DNA of 64,000 bases from Minisyncoccia bacterium (GTDB lineage: Bacteria > Patescibacteriota > Minisyncoccia > Phycocordibacterales > UBA1006), in assembly GCA_044229075.1 (NCBI GenBank), contig JBGATS010000003.1, positions 12,372 through 76,371 on the forward strand, in the 5' to 3' direction. This document shows positions 9,540 through 18,435 of the stretch, one piece after another. The notes beneath the pieces are model-generated. The model ran no database searches. It was given only the letters and a program-made list of their open reading frames with translations, and was not told where the DNA came from. Numbering within the stretch: position 1 is the first letter of the stretch; the number at the start of each line of letters is the position of its first letter. Both the position numbers and the translations under genes were made by a program.

Positions 9540-10922
9540 ATGAAACCTATTTACCTCACAAACACCCTTTCCAAACAAAAAGAAACGTTCCAGTCAATTA
9601 TTTCTGGATCTGTTTCGATGTACCACTGCGGACCGACCGTTTATGGGTCTATTCATATTGGAAATCTGCGAGCATTTTTACTTGGCGATATTGTTCGTCG
9701 CGTATTTGAATATAATGGATACAAAACCAATCAAGTAATGAACATCACCGATATTGGACATTTGGTTTCTGATGGAGACGATGGTGATGATAAAATGACA
9801 AAAGGATTAAAACGTGAAGGAATGGAAGTCACCCTTGAAAACATGTTAAAACTGGCTCGAAAATATGAGGATATCTTTGTAAACGATATTACCGAAATGA
9901 ATATATTGCGTCCAAAGATTCTTCCACGAGCCAGCGAACATATTGATGAAGATATTGAAATCATTAAAAATCTTGAGGAAAAAGGATTCACATATAGTAT
10001 TTCTGACGGAGTCTATTTTGATACCGAAAAAATGCCAGACTATGGAAAACTGGGCGGTCTTTCAAATTCAAACGAATCGCGTATCGGTGAAATTTCTGAA
10101 AAGAAAAATCCACGTGACTTTGCATTATGGAAATTTGATGACACAAAAGGTTGGTCATCACCATGGGGGCAAGGCTTTCCTGGATGGCATATCGAATGTT
10201 CTGGAATGGGAATGAAATATTTAGGCGCACAATTTGATATTCACACTGGTGGACACGACCTTGCAAGTGTTCATCATAATAATGAAATCGCACAGTCAGA
10301 ATGCTCAACCGGACATACTCCATTTGTCAACTACTGGTTGCATAACGAATTTGTGAATATTGGAGATATGAAAATGGCAAAATCCGGTGATAATTCCATT
10401 ACCATGGATACTGTTCGCGAAAATGGGTATAATCCTCTTTCTTTGCGATATTTATATCTACAATCTCATTATCGATCACAAGTGTCGTTTTCATGGGATT
10501 CCTTATCGGCTTCAGAAACAGCACTTAAAAAACTGCAAGCTTATATCAGAAAAATTGAAGGAACTGGTGAAGTTTCAGAATCATACAAAACACTGTTCAC
10601 CGACATAGTGAATGATGATTTGAATACCGCAGGAGGTCTTGCAGTCGTGTGGGAACTAATCAAGAATCCGGACATTTTAGACGCAGACAAGAAAGCAACT
10701 ATTTTGGATTTTGATCGCGTACTCGGACTTAAATTAGACGAAATACCAACAGACGAAGAAGTATTCGAAATTCCTGAGCATGTTCAAAAATTATTAAAAG
10801 AACGAGAAATTGCCCGTGAAAAGCAAGACTGGCACACATCAGATCTGATCCGAAACGAAATCCAGGCCCTTGGATACGAATTGAAAGATACGGATGATGG
10901 ACAGAAAGTGAGGAAGGTGTAA
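9540..10922 (+). CDS. cysS: cysteine--tRNA ligase
   Basis: MYHCGPTVYGSIHIGNLRAF (HIGH motif) and KMAKSGDN (KMSKS motif), plus class I CysRS architecture. Confidence 0.9.
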   Translation: MKPIYLTNTLSKQKETFQSIISGSVSMYHCGPTVYGSIHIGNLRAFLLGDIVRRVFEYNGYKTNQVMNITDIGHLVSDGDDGDDKMTKGLKREGMEVTLENMLKLARKYEDIFVNDITEMNILRPKILPRASEHIDEDIEIIKNLEEKGFTYSISDGVYFDTEKMPDYGKLGGLSNSNESRIGEISEKKNPRDFALWKFDDTKGWSSPWGQGFPGWHIECSGMGMKYLGAQFDIHTGGHDLASVHHNNEIAQSECSTGHTPFVNYWLHNEFVNIGDMKMAKSGDNSITMDTVRENGYNPLSLRYLYLQSHYRSQVSFSWDSLSASETALKKLQAYIRKIEGTGEVSESYKTLFTDIVNDDLNTAGGLAVVWELIKNPDILDADKKATILDFDRVLGLKLDEIPTDEEVFEIPEHVQKLLKEREIAREKQDWHTSDLIRNEIQALGYELKDTDDGQKVRKV

Positions 10923-10956
10923 AAAAAAGACGATTCCAAAAGAATCGTCTTTTAAT
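10921..10956. terminator. bidirectional rho-independent terminator (cysS / GNAT convergent pair)
   Basis: aaagacgattc-caaaa-gaatcgtcttt flanked by A-run and T-run. Confidence 0.65.
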
Positions 10957-10957
10957 T

Positions 10958-11506
10958 TTACATAGAAAATTTATCATTTTCAAGAAAACTCCAAACTTCA
11001 CTACTTCTCCATTCATTGTCTAAAGTAATACTACTTTCTCGTTCAGTGCCTTCATAAATAAATCCCAATCTTTTTGGAATTGATTGACTTGGAATATTAC
11101 TTACGTCCATTTTAATAACTATTCTATGTTTTTTTAGATTTTTAATACCGTAGTCAGTGATTACTTTAACGCATTGAGTCATAATACCTAATCCATTATA
11201 ATCCTGATCAAGCCAGTAACCGATTTCAGCGTTACATTCTATAATTTTATGAAATCCAACACGTCCAATAAATTTGTTTTTATAGAAAATACCTAATTCT
11301 AGCGATTCACCTTTTTCAAAGTTTTCTCTGTCGAGTTTAATTTTATTCAATGTATCCTGAACAGTAATAACTTTATCAACCCAGTTTAAATATTCTCTAA
11401 GAAATTCTTTGTTTTTCTGTATTGTGTCAAATTGAATTTGTGCATCATCTTCAGTCATAAGGCGAAGGATGACGTCGTTTGAGACTTCTAATTTTAAATT
11501 ATCCAT
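10958..11506 (-). CDS. GNAT-family N-acetyltransferase (RimL-like)
   Basis: GNAT fold pattern, with acetyl-CoA binding motif region FIGRVGF...GYWLDQDYNGLGIMTQ. Confidence 0.65.
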   Translation of the reverse strand: MDNLKLEVSNDVILRLMTEDDAQIQFDTIQKNKEFLREYLNWVDKVITVQDTLNKIKLDRENFEKGESLELGIFYKNKFIGRVGFHKIIECNAEIGYWLDQDYNGLGIMTQCVKVITDYGIKNLKKHRIVIKMDVSNIPSQSIPKRLGFIYEGTERESSITLDNEWRSSEVWSFLENDKFSM

Positions 11507-11558
11507 AATTATTTATATTTTATTATTATAATATCATATACTATATTAAATGTCAAAT

Positions 11559-12470
11559 TTATAACAATTCATTTTTCAATTCCTCCACAATTTTCTTCGC
11601 ATCTTTGGACAATTTCTTCGGCATTTCAATATGCGTTCGGATCAAAAAATCTCCATTTCGCAAAAATCCTGCAGTGACACCCTTTCCTTTCAATTTGATC
11701 ACATGTCCCACCGGCATACATTCTGGAATTTCAATCATTTCTTTTCCGTCTAGTGTTTCAATTTCGATACTCTTTCCAAGTAATGCATCGACAAGTGACA
11801 CATGTAAATCCATTACCAAATTACTGCGTTCTTTACGAATGGTTGGATGTTTTTCTACAATCACGGTGATGATCAAATTCCCTGGGCGACCTTCACTTAC
11901 TACTTCTCCTGCACCGTCCATTTGTAATTGCTGTCCGTGTTCTACTCCAGCTGGAATAGTCACAGAAACTTTTTTCATTCCGTTTTGCTTACCATCACGA
12001 TAATCGGGAACATTAATTTCACGGGTAAATCCACGCACTGATTCTTTAAACGTCATATTCATCTGAACCTCGATGCTGCGACCTCTGCGGAATCGTCCAC
12101 CACCAAAACCGAATGCTGCACCGAACAAATCACCAAGATCAATATCTCCCATATCAAACTGCGCACCACCTCCCTGTTGTGCCTGTCGCATGATGTCTTC
12201 CCATGAAAAACCACCGAATCCGCCGCCGCCGAACGGATTTCCCTGTCCGCCGCCGAACTGTGGTCCACTTGATCCGAACTGGTCGTATTGTGCGCGTTTG
12301 TTTTTGTCAGAAAGTGTCTGGTAGGCTTCGTTGATTTCCTTAAATTTTTTGTCATCGCCTCCGTTTTTGTCTGGATGATGCTGATGTGCAAGTTTGCGAA
12401 AAGCAGCCTTGATTTCTGCTTCAGAGGCTTTTTTATCGACACCTAGGGTTTTGTAGTAGTCTTTGCTCAT
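11559..12470 (-). CDS. dnaJ: J-domain chaperone DnaJ/CbpA-type (J domain plus G/F-rich linker plus C-terminal substrate-binding domains; no CxxCxGxG zinc finger)
   Basis: YYKTLGVDKKASEAEIKAAFRKLAHQHHPDKN (HPD motif), a G/F-rich stretch, and only one Cys in the whole protein. Confidence 0.8.
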   Translation of the reverse strand: MSKDYYKTLGVDKKASEAEIKAAFRKLAHQHHPDKNGGDDKKFKEINEAYQTLSDKNKRAQYDQFGSSGPQFGGGQGNPFGGGGFGGFSWEDIMRQAQQGGGAQFDMGDIDLGDLFGAAFGFGGGRFRRGRSIEVQMNMTFKESVRGFTREINVPDYRDGKQNGMKKVSVTIPAGVEHGQQLQMDGAGEVVSEGRPGNLIITVIVEKHPTIRKERSNLVMDLHVSLVDALLGKSIEIETLDGKEMIEIPECMPVGHVIKLKGKGVTAGFLRNGDFLIRTHIEMPKKLSKDAKKIVEELKNELL

Positions 12471-12476
12471 AAAATT

Positions 12477-12582
12477 CAGTACTCCTCAGTCCTTCGGACA
12501 ACTCCTCTAAAAGAGGAGCCACTTCCAAACGTCGGGTGCTTTGCTCCTCTTGTAGAGGAGCTCCGCGAAGCGGTGAGGAGTA
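12477..12582. repeat. structured palindromic intergenic repeat element, copy A (about 106 nt, 3-prime terminus truncated by about 3 nt)
   Basis: cagtactcctcaGTCCttcgGGACaaCTCCTCTaaaAGAGGAGccacttccaaacgtcgggtgctttGCTCCTCTtgtAGAGGAGctCCGCgaaGCGGtgaggagta. Terminal inverted repeats GTACTCCTCA/TGAGGAGTAC and four internal hairpins. Sits between the DUF559 stop (3 nt away) and the dnaJ ATG (6 nt away). Confidence 0.85.
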
Positions 12583-12585
12583 AAT

Positions 12586-12939
12586 TTATCTTAAATATTC
12601 CTTAATCTTCATAATAACTCCATCAATCGATTGTAATACTTCATTATTTGAAAATCGAAGTACTGTATAATCCAAACTTTTCAAATAATTATCACGCACT
12701 GTATCATATTCCAATCCTTTTTCATAATAATGTTGTGATCCATCGAGTTCGATAATTAGTTTATATTTATGACAATAAAAATCTATAATATACGGACCGA
12801 TTCCAAACTGCCTGCGAAATATTACACCAAGTTGTTCATTTTTCAAGTATTTCCACAATAATCTTTCCTCTTTCGTACTTCTGTTACGAAGATCTTTTCT
12901 GCGATGTTTTAGAAGTGGATCATTGTGAATGAATTTCAT
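12586..12939 (-). CDS. DUF559-family protein (Vsr/restriction-endonuclease-like fold, 117 aa)
   Basis: IIDFYCHKYKLIIELDGSQH...DTVRDNYL...VLRFSNNEV matches the DUF559 / very-short-patch-repair endonuclease-like core. Confidence 0.7.
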   Translation of the reverse strand: MKFIHNDPLLKHRRKDLRNRSTKEERLLWKYLKNEQLGVIFRRQFGIGPYIIDFYCHKYKLIIELDGSQHYYEKGLEYDTVRDNYLKSLDYTVLRFSNNEVLQSIDGVIMKIKEYLR

Positions 12940-12984
12940 AAAGAATCTTGAATACAGTACTCCTAATTATTAAACAGTAGTATA

Positions 12985-13093
12985 CAGTACTCCTCAGTCC
13001 TTCGGACAGCTCCTCTAAGAGAGGAGCCACTTCCAAACGTCGAGTGCTTTGCTCCTCTCTTAGAGGAGCTCCGCGAAGCGGTGAGGAGTACTG
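12985..13093. repeat. structured palindromic intergenic repeat element, copy B (109 nt, complete)
   Basis: CAGTACTCCTCA...TGAGGAGTACTG, same internal hairpins as copy A (UUCG tetraloop hairpin, two GCTCCTCT-NNN-AGAGGAGC hairpins, CCGC-GAA-GCGG hairpin). A partial extra terminus tacagtactcct lies at 12953-12964. Confidence 0.85.
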
Positions 13094-13215
13094 AATTTGC
13101 TGAGGTTTCTCACCTCTCTACCAAACACGTCTTTCAACCTGTCCGGAAAGAAGATTGGACTTACTTGACAAGTATGATATTATTTGATATCATATTTTTA
13201 ATAAAATTAAATAAT

Positions 13216-13473
13216 ATGTCAAAATTTAAGTATTTTTTCTCGTTTTGTTTATGGATGATCTTTTGGTTTATTCTCATAAATAAGACAAGAGGGTCTATAG
13301 TGTATATGGACCAAGTTTATTTATTATTCTTTTTAATATGGGGTTTCTTAATTGGAGCCTTTGGAAATTGGTTTTACTTCTTTTTTGCTGACTTAATTAT
13401 GTTTGTTATTAGTCTAATAACAACATCAGGACGCGATCAACAACATATTAAATGGGCAGCTTGGAGAAAATAA
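13216..13473 (+). CDS. small hydrophobic protein (85 aa), hypothetical
   Basis: ATG at 13216 in frame with the track ORF 13081-13473. Two or three predicted TM helices. AT-rich. No homology recognised. Confidence 0.3.
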   Translation: MSKFKYFFSFCLWMIFWFILINKTRGSIVYMDQVYLLFFLIWGFLIGAFGNWFYFFFADLIMFVISLITTSGRDQQHIKWAAWRK

Positions 13474-13551
13474 TACTATTTTAAAAATTACTCAACCTCT
13501 TACCCCACCCAGAACTGCAATATGCGGTTCTGGACAGTAAAGAGGTTGTTT

Positions 13552-15438
13552 TTATTTCCCTTCCTCAGCTCCCTCTTCTTTTGTTTCCTCTGTTGCTGAC
13601 TCAGATGCTGCATTACCCGCAGCATTTTTTTCTTGCTCAGCTTTCTGAATGATTTCGTAAATCTTCATCATTTCATCTGAAAGTGCAGATGTTGCAGAAT
13701 CAATTGCCGCTGCATCGTCTTTATCTTTCACATCCTTCAAGGTTGTGATTTTTTCGTTGATAGCAGTTTTGGTTGCATCATCCAATTTGTCAGCGTATTC
13801 TTTCAAAGATTTTTCTGCTGCAAAGATTGATGTTTCAGCCGTGTTTCGCTTATCCACCAAATCCTTTTTCTTTTCATCTTCCTCTTTGAATTTTTCTGCA
13901 TCTTCCTGCATTTTCTTGATATCTGCATCTGACAATCCTCCTCCTGATTGGATCGTAATTGACGCTTCCTTGTTAGTTGCTTTATCAGTTGCTTTTACAT
14001 TTAGGATTCCGTTTGCGTCGATATCAAATGTTACCTCGATCTGTGGAATTCCGCGTGGAGCTGGTGCGATATCGCCAAGGATAAACCGTCCGAGTGATTT
14101 GTTATCAGTCACCATCGGTCGTTCACCTTGAACGATATGAATGTCCACTGATGTTTGGTTGTCTGATGCAGTACTGAATACTTGTGATTTTGATGTTGGA
14201 ATCGTTGTGTTTCGCTCGATTAATTTTGTCGCTACGCCACCCATTGTTTCAATTCCAAGTGATAATGGAATTACATCGAGGAGAAGTACATCCTTCACGT
14301 CACCTTGTAATACTCCGGCCTGAACTGCAGCACCAAGAGCTACTACTTCATCCGGGTTGATGGTTCGGTTTGGTTCTTTTCCGAACAACTTCTTTACTTC
14401 TTCGACAATTTTTGGCATTCGAGTCTGTCCTCCAACCATGATTACTTCATCGATTTCACTCATTTTGAATGGTGAAGCCTCTACTGCGCACTTTGTAATT
14501 TCAATTGATCGATCGATGAATTCTGCAGCCAATTCCTCCAATTTACTGCGAGACATTTTCATCATCAAGTGTTGTGGCACGCCATCATTCTGCGCGATGA
14601 ACGGAATATTGATTTCAGTTTCAGTTGTTGTTGAAAGTTCATGTTTTGCTTTTTCTGCAGCTTCTTTTAATCGCTGTAGTGCAAGTACATCTTTTGTAAC
14701 ATCCAGCCCTGATTCCTTTTTAAATTCATCCCCAATCCATGCAACGATTTTTCGGTCGATGTCTTCACCTCCCATGTGCGCGTCTCCATCAGTAGATTTT
14801 ACCTCTACCAAGTCTGCTCCAACCTCGAGTACTGAAATATCGAATGTTCCACCTCCGAAGTCGTACACGGCAATTTTCTGGTCTTTTTTGGAATTGAATC
14901 CGTATGCCAATGCCGCTGCTGTTGGTTCGTTAATGATTCGCTTTACATCAAGTCCTGCAATTTTACCTGCGTTCACTGTCGCCTGTCGCTGTGCATCGTC
15001 AAAGTATGCAGGAACTGTAATAACAGCCTCTGTGATTTTCTCGCCAAGTTTTGCTTCCACATCCGCTTTGATCTTTGAAAGGATCATCGCAGAAATTTCT
15101 TCAGGTGATTTGTCCTCGCCTCCGAATTTCACCATCACGCGATCATCTGTTCCTTTTGAAATTTTAAACGGTGAATGCGGAATGTCTTTTGTTACGACTT
15201 CGTCACTGAATTTGTGACCCATGTATCGTTTGATTCCGAAAATTGTATTTTCTGGATTGGTAACCGCCTGACGTTTGGCTAATGCTCCGACCATTCGGTC
15301 ACCATTTTTTGCCTGCGCAATGATAGAAGGCGTTGTTCGTGCACCTTCTGTGTTTTCAATAATTTTTGGTTGACCACCCTCGATGATTGCTACCGCCGAG
15401 TTTGTGGTTCCCAAGTCGATTCCAATGATTTTTGACAT
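13552..15438 (-). CDS. dnaK: molecular chaperone DnaK (Hsp70)
   Basis: [17 protein letters not shown]...DLGGGTFD..., full Hsp70 motif set, 628 aa. Confidence 0.95.
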   Translation of the reverse strand: MSKIIGIDLGTTNSAVAIIEGGQPKIIENTEGARTTPSIIAQAKNGDRMVGALAKRQAVTNPENTIFGIKRYMGHKFSDEVVTKDIPHSPFKISKGTDDRVMVKFGGEDKSPEEISAMILSKIKADVEAKLGEKITEAVITVPAYFDDAQRQATVNAGKIAGLDVKRIINEPTAAALAYGFNSKKDQKIAVYDFGGGTFDISVLEVGADLVEVKSTDGDAHMGGEDIDRKIVAWIGDEFKKESGLDVTKDVLALQRLKEAAEKAKHELSTTTETEINIPFIAQNDGVPQHLMMKMSRSKLEELAAEFIDRSIEITKCAVEASPFKMSEIDEVIMVGGQTRMPKIVEEVKKLFGKEPNRTINPDEVVALGAAVQAGVLQGDVKDVLLLDVIPLSLGIETMGGVATKLIERNTTIPTSKSQVFSTASDNQTSVDIHIVQGERPMVTDNKSLGRFILGDIAPAPRGIPQIEVTFDIDANGILNVKATDKATNKEASITIQSGGGLSDADIKKMQEDAEKFKEEDEKKKDLVDKRNTAETSIFAAEKSLKEYADKLDDATKTAINEKITTLKDVKDKDDAAAIDSATSALSDEMMKIYEIIQKAEQEKNAAGNAASESATEETKEEGAEEGK

Positions 15439-15456
15439 ATGATTAATATAATAGAA

Positions 15457-15663
15457 TTATTTTTTAATAAAGTATTTTTCAATTTTTTCTAAAGAATTAT
15501 GAGTAAGACTACTCGTCTGTTCTATTTCAGTTTGTTTTTCACTTATCCAATTGACGTTATGTTGAATACTAGGAATAAATTTACTGATGTAATTTAATTC
15601 AAAGTATATTTTAAATAATATAATTGTTTGAATTATAACAATTATTGTAATAAGTATTTCCAT
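15457..15663 (-). CDS. small membrane protein (68 aa), hypothetical
   Basis: N-terminal hydrophobic helix ILITIIVIIQTIILF. Lies between the minus-strand promoter at about 15972-15999 and dnaK. Confidence 0.3.
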   Translation of the reverse strand: MEILITIIVIIQTIILFKIYFELNYISKFIPSIQHNVNWISEKQTEIEQTSSLTHNSLEKIEKYFIKK

Positions 15664-15668
15664 AAAAA

Positions 15669-15908
15669 TTAAAATGATATTTGCTCATTGATTAGTTCTG
15701 TTAGTAATAATTTAGCTAGACTTTCGGGATTTGAATTACCTAACTGGGTAACTTTTTTACCATACACAGAAAAAACATAAATTAAATCATCTACAACATG
15801 AAAAATACCAGAAAATTTATCGTCATTTTTTTCAATATAAATTTGATTCATAATTTTATAATTATAGTTAAATATTAATAATTCTCTAAAAGTTTTCGTG
15901 AATAACAA
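15669..15908 (-). CDS. hypothetical small protein (track start is TTG; an in-frame ATG would give about 60 aa)
   Basis: ORF only; AT-rich. Confidence 0.2.
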   Translation of the reverse strand: MLFTKTFRELLIFNYNYKIMNQIYIEKNDDKFSGIFHVVDDLIYVFSVYGKKVTQLGNSNPESLAKLLLTELINEQISF

Positions 15909-15940
15909 GTGCTTTTTTAAAATTCCAATTTGACAAGATG

Positions 15941-15954
15941 TTCGCGGTCGCGAA
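15941..15954. promoter_or_regulatory. perfect palindrome TTCGCGGTCGCGAA just downstream of the predicted dnaK-operon promoter (operator-like)
   Basis: Inverted repeat TTCGCG-GT-CGCGAA located about 10-25 nt downstream of the predicted -10, a typical repressor operator position. Confidence 0.3.
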
Positions 15955-15971
15955 ATACTTGTACAATTCCT

Positions 15972-15999
15972 AGTATAATGCTATTATTTTTTTAGTCAA
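15972..15999 (-). promoter_or_regulatory. sigma70-like promoter on minus strand (TTGACT, 16 nt spacer, TATACT) reading toward the small ORFs and dnaK
   Basis: RC of agtcaa (15994-15999) is TTGACT. The 16-nt spacer precedes RC of agtata (15972-15977), which is TATACT. Directly abuts repeat copy C. Confidence 0.5.
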
Positions 16000-16003
16000 G
16001 TAC

Positions 16004-16112
16004 CTGTACTCCTCAGTCCTTCGGACAGCTCCTCTATAAGAGGAGCCACTTCCAAACGTGTAGTGCCTTGCTCCTCTTGTAGAGGAGCTCCGCGAAGCGG
16101 TGAGGAGTACTG
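16004..16112. repeat. structured palindromic intergenic repeat element, copy C (109 nt)
   Basis: ctGTACTCCTCAgtccttcggac...gctcctcttgtagaggagctccgcgaagcggTGAGGAGTACTG. Hairpin loops differ from copies A and B (ata vs aag/aaa) while the stems are preserved. Confidence 0.85.
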
Positions 16113-16274
16113 TATTAAAATCTATGAAATCCAACGACTATTCCAAAAGATAAAAAAAGCTCCTTCCAATTAAGAAAGGAGCGAACGTCTCAAAGAGACG
16201 TCTACTTATCATACTTGTCATGCTTATTTATTTGTACCTCTAGTATAGCAGAATCAAAATATTTGTCAAGCTTT

Positions 16275-16823
16275 ATGTCTAAAAATAACGACTATTCCAA
16301 AAAAATATTGAAAATATTAGCCGAAAATAAAGCGGTTTCTTTCCCTGATCTGTCTGATAAGCTTATCAAGGACATGTCTGAAACCACCAAAAACGACCCA
16401 AAAAAGACACAATACGCCCTGAATCGGTCATTGCGCGGCTTGCATGAATCAGGACTTGTAGAGAGTCATTTTTCAGGTCAGAACGACTATGCCCGACTGA
16501 CCAAGGCCGGCAAACGAAAGGCCGTCAGCCTGCAATTAGAATCGGATTCTACCCTTGTTCCCAACTGGGATGGCCAGTGGCGAATCGTATTGCTCGACCT
16601 TCCGGAATCCCGAAAATCAGAACGCGAAGCATTGCGGTATCTTTTGAAAAAAGCAGGATTTGAGCTGTTGAAAAACTCGGCATGGATTTCCCCATTTCCC
16701 TATGAACATCTATTCATGAATATTAAAAAAGATTTGGGGCTGACGACCGAAATGATGGTCATGACGACCAATAGTCTGGATGCGGAAACAGAGGCAGAAT
16801 TGTTTAAGTTGTTTCAAAAATAA
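16275..16823 (+). CDS. PaaX-like transcriptional regulator (winged helix plus PaaX C-terminal-like domain)
   Basis: WDGQWRIVLLDLPESRKSEREALRYLLKKAGFELLKNSAWISPFP matches the PaaX_C signature (WxGxW..v.fd.pe..r..R..lr..L...GF..l..svwisP). Start taken at ATG 16275 (MSKNND...). Confidence 0.5.
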   Translation: MSKNNDYSKKILKILAENKAVSFPDLSDKLIKDMSETTKNDPKKTQYALNRSLRGLHESGLVESHFSGQNDYARLTKAGKRKAVSLQLESDSTLVPNWDGQWRIVLLDLPESRKSEREALRYLLKKAGFELLKNSAWISPFPYEHLFMNIKKDLGLTTEMMVMTTNSLDAETEAELFKLFQK

Positions 16824-16850
16824 AAAAAACGCGCAATGCGTTTTTTTTAT
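16822..16850. terminator. bidirectional rho-independent terminator
   Basis: aaaaaaaacgc-gcaat-gcgttttttttt between convergent genes. Confidence 0.6.
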
Positions 16851-17098
16851 TTGTTAATCTTCCACCGCGGAGCAAACTGAATCATCCATGTATAGAATTT
16901 TGCAGGCAAATATCCGATTCCCTTTTCCCGCATATTTTTGTAGGCAACTACCTGGAACTCTTTCAGGTCATTTCCCTCGTAGCACAGTTTTCCATCCTTG
17001 AAACAATAACTACAATATTGATCGCTTTCACGAATTCCTGGATCTTTTGAAAATGGCATCAGGCAACTTTCACATGTTGTGCAGTCTTTGTTTTGCAT
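16847..17098 (-). CDS. zinc-ribbon domain protein (83 aa)
   Basis: CTTCESC...CSYC...C spacing consistent with a Cys4 zinc ribbon. Confidence 0.45.
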   Translation of the reverse strand: MQNKDCTTCESCLMPFSKDPGIRESDQYCSYCFKDGKLCYEGNDLKEFQVVAYKNMREKGIGYLPAKFYTWMIQFAPRWKINK

Positions 17099-17136
17099 AT
17101 GTGGTAATTATTAGTGAAATAAATTAATTATAAATT

Positions 17137-17394
17137 TTATAATACATCATCTAATCCTCCCCTGTTTGCTACATTAGTAAATCCGGATTGTTCCATGATT
17201 TGTTGTGCAACCCCTGCGCGACCACCTGATCTGCAATACAAATTGATTTTTGTGTCTTTTGCAAGTTCTGGAAGTATTCCCTGCATGATTAGTTCCACGG
17301 GGTGATTGATTGCATCTGGATAATGTCCGGATGCAAATTCCTCTGGAGTACGTACATCAATATAGATCATATTATTTATGAAATATATTTCCAC
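17137..17394 (-). CDS. single-domain rhodanese-like sulfurtransferase
   Basis: YIDVRTPEEFASGHYPDAINHP...LYCRSGGRAGVA (active-site Cys loop CRSGxR). The true start may be the internal ATG (MIYIDVR). Confidence 0.7.
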   Translation of the reverse strand: MEIYFINNMIYIDVRTPEEFASGHYPDAINHPVELIMQGILPELAKDTKINLYCRSGGRAGVAQQIMEQSGFTNVANRGGLDDVL

Positions 17395-17972
17395 ACAACC
17401 ACTCGTGCTGGTCGAATAACTTTATCACCCATCTTGTACCCTTTTTGGATAATCTGTACAATCTTGTGATCTTTTTCTGAATCATCAGTTTCCTCTGTTT
17501 TCATCGGTTCGTGCAAATTCGGATCAAATTCTATGTTTACTGAATCAATTGCAGATACATTATGATTTTCAAGAGTTGTTTTCAATTGGTTATAAATATA
17601 TTCAACCCCTACGCGCCAATTGGTATCAACCGCATTCCATGCATCAGTATTACCCATTGCCATATCAAAACTATCGATCACCGGCAGAAAATCCATAATC
17701 ACACTTTCGGTAGTACGTTGTTTTACCGTAGTGCGAATTTCATCGTTTTCCTTTTTCAAGTTTACATAGTCTGCGCGCGAACGCTGAAGAGCCGTCAGGT
17801 GTTCACTGGCTTCTGCCTGAACCTTTTTAAGATCCTCGCGAAGTTGCTTAATTTTTGCCTTGTCTTTTAATTCATCACCCATAGCATCAGTTTCCACAAA
17901 TTCCAGGTCATCCCCGACTTCTTCTTTTTCAATAAATTCATCATATTCTGTCATATGATTATTATTATACAT
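17376..17972 (-). CDS. grpE: nucleotide exchange factor GrpE
   Basis: LTALQRSRADYVNLKKE...DSFDMAM...KGYKMGDKVIRPARVVV, canonical GrpE motifs. Confidence 0.9.
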   Translation of the reverse strand: MYNNNHMTEYDEFIEKEEVGDDLEFVETDAMGDELKDKAKIKQLREDLKKVQAEASEHLTALQRSRADYVNLKKENDEIRTTVKQRTTESVIMDFLPVIDSFDMAMGNTDAWNAVDTNWRVGVEYIYNQLKTTLENHNVSAIDSVNIEFDPNLHEPMKTEETDDSEKDHKIVQIIQKGYKMGDKVIRPARVVVWKYIS

Positions 17973-18022
17973 ATTTTTGGAAACAAAAAAAGCCTGCAGA
18001 ATTTAATCTACAAGCTTTATAA

Positions 18023-18328
18023 TTAATGAGCTAAAAACCAAATAAAACTTACAACGCTTATAATAAAAAGCAGTGTTACACCTAAGAGCAACGCTGTTTT
18101 TCTTATAATCCTCCTGTCTTCTCTTTTTGCCAAAATTTTAAAAAAAGATATTGAGCATAACCCAGAAATGAGCGGTAGTATGTTTAATTTATTTATCAAA
18201 CCATTACACACTATTCCTGTTGTTAAAATCGTTGGAGGAATTACTACCAACATAGTAAATAAGAATAACGCCATAAATTTAAACAATTCTGAAGTTTTTC
18301 GGTCTGTAAAAGCATTTGTTTTTTCCAT
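18023..18328 (-). CDS. small polytopic membrane protein, hypothetical
   Basis: Three hydrophobic helices. No hrcA between this ORF and grpE. Confidence 0.35.
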   Translation of the reverse strand: MEKTNAFTDRKTSELFKFMALFLFTMLVVIPPTILTTGIVCNGLINKLNILPLISGLCSISFFKILAKREDRRIIRKTALLLGVTLLFIISVVSFIWFLAH

Positions 18329-18435
18329 ATAAAAAATATTTAATTTAAATGAATTTGTTTACGGTAATGATAGCACATAAATAAATATAGGTCAATAGTA
18401 CCTTCTAAACAAAAAATCCCTTGCGGGATAATCTG

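Noticed and set aside
14357-15217. 286-aa plus-strand ORF antisense to dnaK, and other antisense ORFs inside dnaJ (12059-12442, 12073-12324), fusA (25499-26995), the UvrD helicase, and the surface proteins
   Set aside because: They are fully contained within strongly supported conserved genes on the opposite strand. Low-complexity translations (S/P/A-rich) are typical of antisense frames.
12477-16112. Canonical CIRCE (HrcA operator) in the heat-shock locus
   Set aside because: The repeat centre contains GAGTGCT resembling a CIRCE half-site. However, the partner half is degenerate, the half-site itself varies between copies (AGTGCT / GGTGCT / AGTGCC), and no hrcA is present. The element is therefore described as a structured repeat, not annotated as CIRCE.
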